Shown: positions 49,195-59,329 of the stretch, in pieces | Position numbering within the stretch: position 1 is the stretch's first letter | Layout: the number at the start of each line of letters is the position of its first letter | Source: Acidobacteriota bacterium | GTDB taxonomy: Bacteria > Acidobacteriota > UBA4820 > DSQY01 | Length of the DNA stretch: 64,000 bases | NCBI GenBank assembly: GCA_021813555.1 | Contig: JAKAKG010000132.1 | Coordinates: forward strand, 13-64,012 | Direction: 5' to 3' | Notes under the pieces: model-generated | Told to the model about the DNA's origin: nothing | Databases searched by the model: none | Seen by the model: only the letters and a program-made list of their open reading frames with translations | Translations under genes and position numbers: made by a program

Positions 49195-49390
49195 AGAGTT
49201 CGGAAGTCGGGAGAGAGGGACACCGGGATCCACCACGCCGGCTGAACCGCGAGAGTACCGATCGAAGCCCCGGGGAGCTGCCGCGACCCGGGGACTTTTC
49301 TTTTCCGGCCGGCCTCGGCCACAATGCTCACAAGGGAACGCCGTGGAACGCGAACATGCCCAACGACGGCGATGGACAAGGAGGGAATCC

Positions 49391-50239
49391 ATGAGGACGC
49401 TCGCACGGTGGAGTCTGGTGGCGCTGGCGGTGACGGGAATGGGATCGGCCATGTTGGCCGACGGGGACACACGCCCCATCACGTCCGCAGAGAAGGCCTT
49501 CGCAAGGAAAACCATGGAAATCCTGTCCGCAGCCATCCCGCCGCCCCCTTCTGGGTGGACGGTGACCCGGCGGAGCGATACGGAGCCCCCCAGCTTCCTC
49601 TCGGGCACCAGGCCGCGCCCCATGGAGCTTTTTTACGAGCAAACCTGGGAGGACACGGGCCGAAAGCGGCATGCGCAGTCCGAGGCCATGACGGCCATGG
49701 CCAACGTGAAGCCCGACCCGAAAGCGGACGTGAACGCCGAGACCGCCGAGAAGCGGTTCCAGGAGGTCATGGGGAAGATTTCCAAGGCCGCCGAGAAGGG
49801 TGACCAAGCCGAAATGAACAAGCTCCAGCCCGAAATGCAGGCGGCCAGCAAGGCCTACCAAGACGCCCTCATGGCCAAGAACAAGGGCCTCTTGGACGCC
49901 TCGGCCAAGGCAACGGTGAGCGACGCCGACGCTCAGATCCGAATCGAAGCCAACGCAAGATACGAATACCTGGACGTGGCGGCGCAAGAGGCGGTGGCGC
50001 CGGGCATCATGGGGTACCGGGTCAACGGGCCGAGCGGGCGGCAGGGGGCCACCTGGGTATTCCTCGGACCTTGGCAGATCTCCAAGGATGGCCGCAGCAC
50101 GAGGTTCCAGCTCCCGCCGCTCAGCGGCCCGTCCACGTCGATAGCCACCGTGAAGGTCCGGGTGGAGGGGGAACCCTCTCGAGCCAAGGCCATCCTGGCG
50201 AAAGTCGACTGGACGGCCCTCAAGGGCCTGGTGAAGTAA
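49391..50239 (+). CDS. Secreted hypothetical protein (282 aa)
   Basis: AGGAGGG RBS. Signal peptide MRTLARWSLVALAVTGMGSA. No known domain. Confidence 0.5.
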   Translation: MRTLARWSLVALAVTGMGSAMLADGDTRPITSAEKAFARKTMEILSAAIPPPPSGWTVTRRSDTEPPSFLSGTRPRPMELFYEQTWEDTGRKRHAQSEAMTAMANVKPDPKADVNAETAEKRFQEVMGKISKAAEKGDQAEMNKLQPEMQAASKAYQDALMAKNKGLLDASAKATVSDADAQIRIEANARYEYLDVAAQEAVAPGIMGYRVNGPSGRQGATWVFLGPWQISKDGRSTRFQLPPLSGPSTSIATVKVRVEGEPSRAKAILAKVDWTALKGLVK

Positions 50240-50245
50240 GGAAGT

Positions 50246-50320
50246 CAGGAGGTCGGGAGGTCAGGCAGCGACGACCTGCTCCACGCTCCCCGCTCCCTGC
50301 TCCCTCTCCCCCTTGGCATC
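50246..50320. repeat. Short heptamer/octamer tandem units (GGAAGTC AGGAGGTC GGGAGGTC AGGCAGC ... CGCTCCC CGCTCCC TGCTCCC TCTCCCC) upstream of the NtrC-type regulator
   Basis: Read from the sequence. More degenerate than the other arrays. Confidence 0.5.
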
Positions 50321-50363
50321 CTCTTTGCTTGCCTGGTATATTCTGGCATAGAGGAGTGCCAAT

Positions 50364-51770
50364 ATGGCACAGGGTTCGATTCTGATTCTCGAAGACGAAG
50401 CGGAAAACCTTAGAAGCCTGACCAAGGCCTTGGAAAAAGTGGGGTACGAGGTCAAAGGCTTCCAGGACCCCCGAGAGGGAATGGCCCACTTCGAAACCCA
50501 CGACGCCGCCGATCTGGTGCTGACGGACCTGCGCATGCCCGGGATGGACGGCATGGAGGTGCTTCGGCGGGTCAAGGAGCGGGAGCCCTCCGTCGCGGTC
50601 CTGCTCATCACGGCCTTCGGGTCCGTGGAGTCGGCCGTGCAGGCCATGAAGGTGGGAGCCGACGATTACCTGGCCAAGCCCGTGGACCTCTACGAGCTGA
50701 GGCGGCGGGTGCAGGCGCTCGTGGAAAAGCGGCGTCTGCGCAACGAGGTGGATGAGCTCAAAGCGCGGCTGGACGAGCGCTTCGGCTTCGAGCAGATCGT
50801 GGGCAACTCGCGGCCCATGAGAGATCTCTTCCAGCAAATCCGCATGGCGGCCCCCACGCGGGTCACGGTCCTGATCCAAGGGGAATCGGGGACGGGCAAG
50901 GAGCTCATCGCCAACGCCATCCACCAGCACTCGGACCGAAAGCGGGCCCGGTTCCTTCCCCTCAACTGCGCGGCCATTCCCGCCAACCTCATCGAGAGCG
51001 AGCTCTTCGGCCACGAGCGAGGCTCTTTCACCGGAGCCGAGAGGGCGCACCAGGGCAAATTCGAACAGGCCACCGGAGGGACCCTGTTCCTGGACGAGAT
51101 CGGCGAGCTCTCTCTCGACCTCCAGGCCAAGCTCCTGCGGGTCTTGGAAGAGCGCGTCGTCACCCGCGTGGGCGGCACCCAGCCCATTCCCGTGGACGTC
51201 CGGATCATCACCGCCACGCACAGGGATCTGCCCCAAATGGTGGCCGAACAGAAATTCCGCGAGGATCTCATGTACCGTCTCAAGGTGGTGGAGATCCGCA
51301 TTCCTCCGCTGAGGGAGCGTCTGGAAGACATTCCCCTTCTCGTGCAGGCCTTTATCGCCCAATTCAACCGTGAGCACGGCAAGCAGGTGAAGGGGGTGAG
51401 CCCGGATGTCCTGCACCTTCTCACCAGCCACTCGTGGCCGGGCAACGTGCGTGAGCTTCGAAATCTGGTCGAGCGCATGGTCATTTTCTGCGCCGAGGAG
51501 GAGGTGCGCGTCGCCCACCTTCCCTACGACTTCAGGCCCAGCCACGTCCCCGTGACAACCCCGGCCTCTGGGTCCGGACACCTGGCGCTGGTTTCGGGCG
51601 ACTCGATCCAGGCGCTGGACGAGATGGAAAAACAGGCCATTTTCAGGGCGCTTCAGGAAACCGGCGGCAATAAGACCCAGGCGGCCCGCGTGCTGGGCAT
51701 AGGGGTGCGCACGCTGCACCGAAAGCTCAACGAATATCGAATTCATGATCAGGAAAGGAGTACCACATGA
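50364..51770 (+). CDS. Sigma-54-dependent response regulator, NtrC family (REC + AAA+ + HTH)
   Basis: 468 aa. D54-type receiver, [14 protein letters not shown]-class [16 protein letters not shown]-terminal HTH. Confidence 0.9.
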   Translation: MAQGSILILEDEAENLRSLTKALEKVGYEVKGFQDPREGMAHFETHDAADLVLTDLRMPGMDGMEVLRRVKEREPSVAVLLITAFGSVESAVQAMKVGADDYLAKPVDLYELRRRVQALVEKRRLRNEVDELKARLDERFGFEQIVGNSRPMRDLFQQIRMAAPTRVTVLIQGESGTGKELIANAIHQHSDRKRARFLPLNCAAIPANLIESELFGHERGSFTGAERAHQGKFEQATGGTLFLDEIGELSLDLQAKLLRVLEERVVTRVGGTQPIPVDVRIITATHRDLPQMVAEQKFREDLMYRLKVVEIRIPPLRERLEDIPLLVQAFIAQFNREHGKQVKGVSPDVLHLLTSHSWPGNVRELRNLVERMVIFCAEEEVRVAHLPYDFRPSHVPVTTPASGSGHLALVSGDSIQALDEMEKQAIFRALQETGGNKTQAARVLGIGVRTLHRKLNEYRIHDQERSTT

Positions 51771-53311
51771 AAGCCGCAAGAACCATGATGGTCGTGGGCC
51801 TCGGGACCCTTCTCATTCTCGTGGGGTTCGGCCTCGCTCAGCTCCACAATGTCAGCGCGCCGGTGGCACGGGCCGTGACGATGCCTGCCTCCGCCTCCTC
51901 GGGAGGTGATGCTCCGGCCCCCGCGGGCGCCCCGTCCTTCGCGGACATCGCGGAGAAGGTGAACCCCGCGGTCGTGAGCATCACGGCCATCACCGTGGGC
52001 AGCAAGGCCCAGGCGGACGACGAGGAGGGGATGGGACAAGGCCAGGGGGGGCAGGGCATGCCCATGGACCCCTTCGAGTTCTTCTTCGGCCAGCCGCACC
52101 CGCCCATTCCGCGGAACCAGCGCCCTGTGCAGGAAGCTGGCGGAAGCGGATTCATCATCAGCTCCGACGGGTACATCCTCACCAACAACCACGTGGTGGA
52201 TGACGCCAGCCGCGTGACCGTCAAGCTCGACGACGGCAGGGAGTTCACGGCCAAGATCATCGGCACTGACAAGGAAACCGACGTGGCCCTCATCAAAGTG
52301 GACGCCACGGGCCTTCCCTTCCTCCAGCTGGGTGACAGCCACACGCTTCGCCAGGGCGATTGGGTCATGGCCGTGGGCAACCCGCTCAACTACAGCCACA
52401 CGGTGACGGTGGGCGTCATCTCCGCCAAGGGCAGGCGCATCTCCAGCAGCTCCCTGGACGATTTCCTCCAGACCGACGCGGCCATCAACTTTGGCAACTC
52501 CGGGGGCCCGCTGGTGAACACCCGGGGCGAGGTCATCGGCATCAATACGGCCATCACGCGCAGCGACTTTCAGGGCCGCATGGTGGAGGGCATCGGCTTC
52601 GCCATCCCCATCGATCTGGTGAAGGGCGAGCTGGAGCAGCTCAAGACCACGGGCAAGGTCACCCGCGGCTGGCTCGGCGTGGCCGTGGCCTCCGTGGACC
52701 CGGACGCCCGGAGCTATTACAAGGACAAATACGGCGTGGAGCTCAAGGGCGGCGCCCTCGTTCAGAGCGTCACCGACGGTTCCCCCTCCAGCAAGGCGGG
52801 CATCCAGAAGGGCGACATCATCCTCAAAGTGGACGGCACGGACGTCAAAGACAGCCAGGAACTGGTTCACCAGGTGTCCGGCTTCGCTCCGGGCAAGGCC
52901 CTCACCCTGCAGGTCTTCCGCAAGGGCGAGAAGAAGGATTTCCGGGTGGTCCTGGGCGACCGCAAGAAGGGCCTTGAAGAGGGCCAGGAAAGCAGCGGCC
53001 CCGAGCAGCAGAAACAGGGCAAGGAAACCAAGCTCGGCATTCAGGTCCAGAACCTCGATCCCCAGACGCGCATGATGTACCGCATCCCCAAGGAGATCAC
53101 GGGCGTCGCGGTGGTCAACGTGGATCCCAAATCCAACGCGTTCCTCAAGGGCATCCGGGAGGGCCTGGTCATTTCCGAAGTGAACGGCCAGACCATCAAG
53201 AACGTGGACGACTACGTGAAGGCCGCCTCTCCCATCAAGCACGGCGATCCCGTGAGCATCTACGTCCAGGATTCTCAGGGCGGCACCTACGTCTACTTCA
53301 AGGCTGACTGA
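51767..53311 (+). CDS. degP: Periplasmic serine endoprotease DegP/HtrA (Do family, trypsin domain + 2 PDZ)
   Basis: 514 aa. GNSGGPLVN catalytic-serine motif. Signal peptide. Confidence 0.9.
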   Translation: MKAARTMMVVGLGTLLILVGFGLAQLHNVSAPVARAVTMPASASSGGDAPAPAGAPSFADIAEKVNPAVVSITAITVGSKAQADDEEGMGQGQGGQGMPMDPFEFFFGQPHPPIPRNQRPVQEAGGSGFIISSDGYILTNNHVVDDASRVTVKLDDGREFTAKIIGTDKETDVALIKVDATGLPFLQLGDSHTLRQGDWVMAVGNPLNYSHTVTVGVISAKGRRISSSSLDDFLQTDAAINFGNSGGPLVNTRGEVIGINTAITRSDFQGRMVEGIGFAIPIDLVKGELEQLKTTGKVTRGWLGVAVASVDPDARSYYKDKYGVELKGGALVQSVTDGSPSSKAGIQKGDIILKVDGTDVKDSQELVHQVSGFAPGKALTLQVFRKGEKKDFRVVLGDRKKGLEEGQESSGPEQQKQGKETKLGIQVQNLDPQTRMMYRIPKEITGVAVVNVDPKSNAFLKGIREGLVISEVNGQTIKNVDDYVKAASPIKHGDPVSIYVQDSQGGTYVYFKAD

Positions 53312-53346
53312 TCCTTCCGCTCAGTGCATGCCAAACTGGCGCGCCA

Positions 53347-53379
53347 TTTTGGCGCGCCAGTCCTTTTTTGGGGGAGAGC
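53347..53379 (+). terminator. Rho-independent terminator after degP: CTGGCGCGCC-ATTTT-GGCGCGCCAG followed by TCCTTTTTT
   Basis: Perfect 10-bp GC-rich stem, 5-nt loop, U-tract. Confidence 0.8.
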
Positions 53380-53463
53380 GGTCAACCCATGGACACGTCG
53401 CAGGGCGAAGAGACCGATGAGGAGGCCGCCTCCCCGTTTTTTGCCCTGCCCTATTCTCCCAAC

Positions 53464-53493
53464 CTCCACAAACGCAAGGCCCCCGTGTATAAT
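53464..53493 (+). promoter_or_regulatory. Candidate sigma-70 promoter for lysS (TCCACA -35, 17-nt spacer, TG-TATAAT extended -10)
   Basis: TATAAT at 53488-53493 is preceded by TG. lysS TTG start follows 32 nt later. Confidence 0.5.
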
Positions 53494-53524
53494 GATCTTT
53501 TATCCGTGGGCAGGAGGAGACCCC

Positions 53525-55021
53525 TTGGAAGACGAACTCATCGCGCAGCGACGCGCCAAGCTGGAGCAATGGAGCGCCGCATTCCCCGGCTCGAACCCCG
53601 ACCGCTACGAGACGACCGCGTCTATCGCGAAGGTGTGCGCCCAGCACCTGGGCGCCTCCGCCGAGGACTTGGCCGCCTCCCCCCACGAGGTCCGAGTGGC
53701 GGGGCGCCTCATGTCCCTTCGCAAGATGGGCAAGCTCACCTTCGCCCACATGGCCGCGGGCGGCGCCCGATTGCAGGTTCTTTTCGAGCGCCAGACCGAC
53801 GAGGCCGCGTACGGCAAGATGAATCTTCTGGACCTGGGCGACTGGATCGGGGTAAGCGGCACCCTGTTCCGCACTAAGACCGGCGAGCTCACCGTGCGCG
53901 CCGCCTCCTTTCTGCCCCTGCGCAAGTGCTTGAGGCCCCTGCCCGAGAAGTGGCACGGCCTGTCGGACGTAGAGCAGCGCTACCGCCAGCGACACTTGGA
54001 TCTCATCATGAACCCCGAGAGCGTGGAGCGCTTCGCCGCCCGCTCGCGCATGACGGCCGCCTTGCGGGAATTCATGTCCATGGACGGCTACGAGGAGGTG
54101 GAGACGCCCATGCTCCACCCCATCGCCGGGGGGGCCGCGGCCCGGCCGTTCACGACGCACCACAACGCCCTGGACTGCCACCTTTTCCTCCGCATCGCCC
54201 CCGAGCTTTACTTGAAGCGCCTCGTGGTGGGGGGCATGCCGAAGGTCTTCGAGATCAATCGCAACTTCCGAAACGAGGGCATCGACACGCGGCACAACCC
54301 CGAGTTCACCATGATGGAGTTCTACCGGGCCTTTGCCTGCGCCAGTGACCTCATGGACTTCACGGAGGAGATGCTCGCCTTCGCGGCCCGAAAAGTCACC
54401 GGCGGCCTGAGCGTGGACTACGAAGGGAGGCCCATCTCTTTCGCGCCGCCCTACCGGCGGCTGAGTCTGCGCGATGCGGCGAGGGCGGCCCTGGCCGAGC
54501 GCGGCGTCCCCGAGGGCGCCTGGCTCACCCCAGAGGGAAGGGCCGAGTGGGGAAAAACGCTGGGCCTGAGCCCCGTCAAATCCAACACTCCCGAGAAGTT
54601 TCTCGTGGAAGCCTGCGACACCCTGGTGACGCCGGGCCTGTGGGATCCCACCTTCGTGTACGACTACCCCGTCGAGGTCTCGCCCCTCTCCCGCCGCAAG
54701 CCGGGCAGCGAGGATACGGCGGACCGCTTCGAGCTCTTCGCGGCGGGCATGGAACTGGCCAACGGGTTCTCCGAGCTGAACGACCCCGACGACCAGCGGG
54801 CGCGCTTCGTGGAGCAGGTCCGGGAGAAGGCCGGGGGGGACGACGAAGCCATGCCCTACGACGAGGATTACTGCCAGGCTCTCGAAATCGGCCTGCCTCC
54901 TACGGCGGGCGAAGGCCTCGGCATCGACCGGCTGGCCATGCTCCTCACGGGGACGTCCTCCATCCGCGACGTGGTCCTTTTCCCGCTGCTCAAGCCCAGG
55001 ACCGAGCCCCCGGGATCATGA
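53525..55021 (+). CDS. lysS: Lysine--tRNA ligase (class II)
   Basis: ORF 53324..55021. Homology begins at TTG 53525 with a GGAGGAG RBS 5 nt upstream (M-EDELIAQRRAKLEQW). Class II motifs 1-3. Confidence 0.95.
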   Translation: MEDELIAQRRAKLEQWSAAFPGSNPDRYETTASIAKVCAQHLGASAEDLAASPHEVRVAGRLMSLRKMGKLTFAHMAAGGARLQVLFERQTDEAAYGKMNLLDLGDWIGVSGTLFRTKTGELTVRAASFLPLRKCLRPLPEKWHGLSDVEQRYRQRHLDLIMNPESVERFAARSRMTAALREFMSMDGYEEVETPMLHPIAGGAAARPFTTHHNALDCHLFLRIAPELYLKRLVVGGMPKVFEINRNFRNEGIDTRHNPEFTMMEFYRAFACASDLMDFTEEMLAFAARKVTGGLSVDYEGRPISFAPPYRRLSLRDAARAALAERGVPEGAWLTPEGRAEWGKTLGLSPVKSNTPEKFLVEACDTLVTPGLWDPTFVYDYPVEVSPLSRRKPGSEDTADRFELFAAGMELANGFSELNDPDDQRARFVEQVREKAGGDDEAMPYDEDYCQALEIGLPPTAGEGLGIDRLAMLLTGTSSIRDVVLFPLLKPRTEPPGS

Positions 55022-56250
55022 GCCTCCTCTGGTTCGTGGGCCGCCGATACCTCCTGGCGCGGCGCCGGCAGGCGTTCATCTCGCTCATCACCCTCATTTC
55101 CACCGCGGGCGTGGCCGTGGGGGTCATGGCCCTCGTCATCGCCCTGGCCATCTCCACGGGATTCACGACGCGCATCCAGGAGAAGATCCAGCTCCTCAAC
55201 GCCCATCTCAACATCCTGGGCGGCCCCGACGAGCTGGACCAGGAGGAGCAGGCCCGAATCCGGGAGGCGCTGGCTCGGGACCCGCGAGTCAAGGCGTTCA
55301 CGCCCATCGTCCTGGGGACGGCCCTCGTGAGCGGTCCCACCACGCGGACGGGCATGGTCGCCAAAGTGCTCGGCATCAATCCCGCCACGCAGGGCGCCGT
55401 GGTGAACCTCGCCCCCTACGTGGAGGGAACTCTGGACCTGAGCCCCGGACCCGACGGCGAAAGCGGTGCCCTGCTCGGGGCGGAGCTGGCCGAAAACCTG
55501 GGCGTGGGGCCTGGGGACACCATCGAACTCCTAGCCCCCAAGCTGACACTCTCGCCCTTCGGCAACCTCCCCAAGATGGTTTCCCTGCGCGTATCGGGGA
55601 TTCTCCGCACGGGGTATTACCTGTACGACACGGAATTCGTCTACGTGGACCTCCCGCTCGCCCAGAGCCTCTTCACCCAGCCTGGGACGGTGAGCGCCAT
55701 CCAGGTGCGACTGAAGCACGGGGACGAAGTGGGCCCCTGCCGCACGGCCCTGCAAAAGGCCCTGGGGCCCGATGACAGGGTGCTGGACCTGATCAGCAGC
55801 AACGCGGAGTTCTTCAAGGCCCTTCGAATGGAGCGCGTCCTCCTTTTCCTGGCCATCGGACTCATCGTTCTGGTTGCGGCCCTCAACATCGTCTCCACCC
55901 TCATCCTGATGGTCATGGAGAAGATCCGCGACATCGGCATCCTCCGGAGCATGGGGGCCTCGCCGGCGGACATCCTGAGGATCTTTCTCTTTCAGGGCAC
56001 CGTCATCGGCGCCGTGGGGACGGCCCTCGGCGCCACGGTGGGGGTGGCGGCATGCCGCGTGCTGGACCGGACTCATGCGATCCCCCTCTCCCTCGACGTC
56101 TATCCCCTGCCCTACGTCCCCTTTCTCACCTCTCCGGGCCAGGTGGCCTGGGTGTGCGCCTTCGCCCTGGCGGTCTCGTTCCTCGCCACCCTCTATCCCG
56201 CCTACAGGGCGGCCCGCCTCGACCCCGTCGAAGCGCTGAGGTACGAGTGA
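55018..56250 (+). CDS. lolC: Lipoprotein-releasing system permease, LolC/LolE family (FtsX-like)
   Basis: 410 aa from ATG 55018 (overlaps the lysS stop as ATGA). MacB-like periplasmic domain plus FtsX TM domain. Confidence 0.85.
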   Translation: MSLLWFVGRRYLLARRRQAFISLITLISTAGVAVGVMALVIALAISTGFTTRIQEKIQLLNAHLNILGGPDELDQEEQARIREALARDPRVKAFTPIVLGTALVSGPTTRTGMVAKVLGINPATQGAVVNLAPYVEGTLDLSPGPDGESGALLGAELAENLGVGPGDTIELLAPKLTLSPFGNLPKMVSLRVSGILRTGYYLYDTEFVYVDLPLAQSLFTQPGTVSAIQVRLKHGDEVGPCRTALQKALGPDDRVLDLISSNAEFFKALRMERVLLFLAIGLIVLVAALNIVSTLILMVMEKIRDIGILRSMGASPADILRIFLFQGTVIGAVGTALGATVGVAACRVLDRTHAIPLSLDVYPLPYVPFLTSPGQVAWVCAFALAVSFLATLYPAYRAARLDPVEALRYE

Positions 56251-56918
56251 TGATCACCCTCGAGGGCGTTCGAAAGACCTACACCTCCGGAGGCGAATCC
56301 ATCCACGTCCTCCGGGGCGTTTCCTTCTGCGTGGAACCGGGCGGCGTGGTAGCCCTCATGGGCCCCTCGGGAGTGGGCAAGAGCACCCTCCTCCACCTCA
56401 TCGCCGGGCTGGACCGTCCCGACGGAGGGCGCATCGAGCTCGGCGGCATGGACGTGACGGCCCTGAAGGGCACGGCCAGGGACCACTTCCGCCGCCGGAC
56501 CGTGGGGGTCGTGTACCAGTTCCATTTCCTTCTCCCCGAGTTCACGGCCCTGGAGAACGTCATGATGCCCGCCGTCATCGCGGGAGAGGGCCGCGGCGCC
56601 CGAGCCCGGGCCCTGGCGCTCCTCGGCGAGGTGGGGATGGCCCATCGGGCCGGCCACACGCCCGCCAAGCTATCGGGCGGGGAGCAACAGCGGGCGGCCA
56701 TCGCCCGCGCACTCATGAACTCGCCCCGCGTCCTCCTCGCCGACGAGCCCACGGGAAATCTGGACGAGGAGAGCGCGGCGCAGGCCTTCGCCCTGCTCCT
56801 GAGTCTGAAGGCCGCCCACGGCCTCACGGTCCTCATGGCCACCCACAACGTGGCTCTGGCGGCAGCTTGCGACCGGACGGTGCACCTGCATGAGGGCAGA
56901 GTTGAAGGACAAGGGTGA
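56250..56918 (+). CDS. lolD: Lipoprotein-releasing system ATP-binding protein LolD
   Basis: 222 aa from ATG 56250 (TGATG overlap with the lolC stop). Walker A GPSGVGKST, LSGGEQQR signature. Confidence 0.9.
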   Translation: MITLEGVRKTYTSGGESIHVLRGVSFCVEPGGVVALMGPSGVGKSTLLHLIAGLDRPDGGRIELGGMDVTALKGTARDHFRRRTVGVVYQFHFLLPEFTALENVMMPAVIAGEGRGARARALALLGEVGMAHRAGHTPAKLSGGEQQRAAIARALMNSPRVLLADEPTGNLDEESAAQAFALLLSLKAAHGLTVLMATHNVALAAACDRTVHLHEGRVEGQG

Positions 56919-56956
56919 GAAGCCAGAAGTGAAAAGTGAAAGAAAGGCGAGACGCC
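56915..56956. repeat. Heptamer units (GGTGAGA AGCCAGAA GTGAAAA GTGAAAG AAAGGCG AGACGCC) between lolD and clpC
   Basis: Contains both unit types seen elsewhere: GTGAAAA (complement of ACTTTTC at 3207) and GAGACGC (complement of GCGTCTC). Confidence 0.7.
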
Positions 56957-57024
56957 ACCTCCTGCTCCTCTGCTCCCCTGTCACCCGCCCCCTGTGGTAT
57001 ACTTTCCCGGTTTAGGGAGTGCGG

Positions 57025-59322
57025 ATGGCTGAAAAGTACACGGAGCAAGCCCGGCGGGTTCTCTACTTCGCCCGGTACGAAGCGCACCAGGCGGGCACTC
57101 CCGTGGCGGATACGGAACACATCCTCCTGGGCCTCTGCATGGCCGAATCACCGATCCTGGGCGAAATCTTTGCCCGAGCCCGCATCCAGGCGGACGAAGT
57201 CCGCCAGGAGCTGGAACCGCGCCCCTTGGGAGATGCCCACGGAGCGCAGGCCGCTCCGCCCCCCTGGTCCCGCGACGTGCGCCTCTTGCTTGAAAAGTAC
57301 GCCCCCGAAGAAGCAGAGCGCCTCTCGGCGGCTCGCATCGGGGTAGAGCACTTGTTTCTGGGGCTTCTCCACCTCGACGACGCTTCGGGAGGGCGGTTCC
57401 TGGCGGAACACGGCTTGAGCCTTCCCACGGCGCGGGAGCGCGTCATCCTGTCTCTCAAGAGGCAGACCGCGGACAGGCGCAAAGAGGGGAAGCCGTCCCT
57501 GGACGAGTTCACGCAGGACCTCACGGCGCTGGCCGCGGAGGGATCCTTCGATCCCCTGGTGGGCCGGGAAGAGGAACTGGAACGCGTGATCCAAATCTTG
57601 GAGCGGCGGCATAAGAATAACCCCATCCTCCTGGGCGAGCCGGGCGTGGGCAAGACGGCCCTCATCGAGGGCCTGGCCCAGCGCGTGGCTTCCGGAGGCG
57701 TCCCCGAGGGCCTGTCGGGCAAGCGGATTCTGGCCCTTGACCTGAGCCTGATCATCGCGGGCACCAAATACCGTGGCCAATTCGAAGAGCGCCTCAAGGG
57801 CATCCTCAAGGAGGCCTCCGAAGACGGCGCCGTCATCCTCTTCGTGGACGAGATCCACACGCTCGTGGGCGCGGGAAGCGCCGAGGGGTCGCTGGACGCG
57901 GCGAGCATCCTCAAGCCCGCCTTGGGCCGGGGCTCCGTGCAGTGCATCGGCACGTCCACCTTCAGGGACTACAAGCGTTACATCGAAAAAGACCGGGCCC
58001 TCGTGCGGCGATTCCAGCCCGTGAAGATCATGCCCCCCAGCGAGGAGCAGACGATCAGGATCCTGGAGGGCCTGCGGCCCAAGTACGAGAGTTACCACCA
58101 CGTGAGGTACACGCAGGAGGCCATGCGCCACGCCGTCCTCCTGAGCAACCGCTACATCACGGACCGCTACCTGCCGGACAAGGCCATCGACGTCATCGAC
58201 GAAGCGGGAGCCAAGGCCAAGATCCTCGCCCAGAGCAGGCGCGAGGCGGCGGGCCCGGAGGCCGAAGGATCGGGCTCCGAGGAACTATGGGTCGACCGGG
58301 ACCGGGTGGAAGAGGTGGTGGCGCTTTGGACGGGGGTCCCTGTCACGGCCATCCGGGAGGACGAGCGGGAGAAATTTCTGCGCCTTGAGGAGACGCTCCA
58401 CCGAAGGGTCATCGGGCAGGACAAGGCCATTTCGGCCTTGGCGCGAGCCATACGGCGCTCCCGCGCGGGCATCAAAAACCCCTTCCGCCCCATCGGCTCC
58501 TTCATCTTTTTGGGCCCCACGGGCGTGGGCAAGACGGAGGCGGCCAAGACCCTGAGCGAATTCCTCTTCGGGGACGACCGGGCCCTCATCCGCCTGGACA
58601 TGAGCGAGTACATGGAAAAACACTCGGTGGCCAAGATGATAGGCTCACCGCCGGGCTACGTGGGCTTCGAGGAGGGCGGACAGCTCGTGGAGCGGGTCAA
58701 GCGCCGCCCCTACTCGGTGATCCTCTTCGACGAGGTGGAGAAGGCCCACCCCGACGTCCTCAACATGCTCCTCCAGGTCCTGGAGGACGGCCATCTGACG
58801 GACAGCTACGGGGAGACGGTGGACTTCAAGAACACCCTCCTCATCCTCACCAGCAACCTGGGTTCCAAGTTCATCCTGGACAAGGGGGTGCTGGGATTCG
58901 AGGACGGCGGCGAGCACGGCGCCGCGATGAAGAAGGAGGAGGTTCTGCGGCACTTGAAGCAGGCCCTCCTGCCCGAGTTTCTCAACCGGCTGGACGAGAT
59001 CGTGGTCTTCGACGCCCTCGGCCACCGCGAGCTTCTGCTTGTGGCCGAGCGCATGATCGCCGACCTCAACAAGACGATCGCGGGCCAGGGGCTCCACCTT
59101 TCGGTGGGTCCGGGCGTCACGGACTTCCTCGTGAACGCCTGCTGCACGGACCCGGCTTACGGCGCGCGGCCCCTCCGGCGGGGCATGCAGCGCTACATTG
59201 AAGATCCCCTGGCCGAGTGGATGCTCCTGCACGAGGCGCGGGAGAGCGCCGAGATCTCCTTGGAGATCCGCGGCGAGCGCATCGAGCTGAGCGCGCCCGT
59301 GACGGCGCCCATTTCAGGATAG
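57025..59322 (+). CDS. clpC: ATP-dependent Clp protease ATP-binding subunit ClpC (Clp_N repeats + two AAA+ modules)
   Basis: 765 aa from ATG 57025 with an AGGGAG RBS. Walker A GEPGVGKT and GPTGVGKT. ClpB-D2-small domain. Confidence 0.95.
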   Translation: MAEKYTEQARRVLYFARYEAHQAGTPVADTEHILLGLCMAESPILGEIFARARIQADEVRQELEPRPLGDAHGAQAAPPPWSRDVRLLLEKYAPEEAERLSAARIGVEHLFLGLLHLDDASGGRFLAEHGLSLPTARERVILSLKRQTADRRKEGKPSLDEFTQDLTALAAEGSFDPLVGREEELERVIQILERRHKNNPILLGEPGVGKTALIEGLAQRVASGGVPEGLSGKRILALDLSLIIAGTKYRGQFEERLKGILKEASEDGAVILFVDEIHTLVGAGSAEGSLDAASILKPALGRGSVQCIGTSTFRDYKRYIEKDRALVRRFQPVKIMPPSEEQTIRILEGLRPKYESYHHVRYTQEAMRHAVLLSNRYITDRYLPDKAIDVIDEAGAKAKILAQSRREAAGPEAEGSGSEELWVDRDRVEEVVALWTGVPVTAIREDEREKFLRLEETLHRRVIGQDKAISALARAIRRSRAGIKNPFRPIGSFIFLGPTGVGKTEAAKTLSEFLFGDDRALIRLDMSEYMEKHSVAKMIGSPPGYVGFEEGGQLVERVKRRPYSVILFDEVEKAHPDVLNMLLQVLEDGHLTDSYGETVDFKNTLLILTSNLGSKFILDKGVLGFEDGGEHGAAMKKEEVLRHLKQALLPEFLNRLDEIVVFDALGHRELLLVAERMIADLNKTIAGQGLHLSVGPGVTDFLVNACCTDPAYGARPLRRGMQRYIEDPLAEWMLLHEARESAEISLEIRGERIELSAPVTAPISG

Positions 59323-59329
59323 GTGAGGC

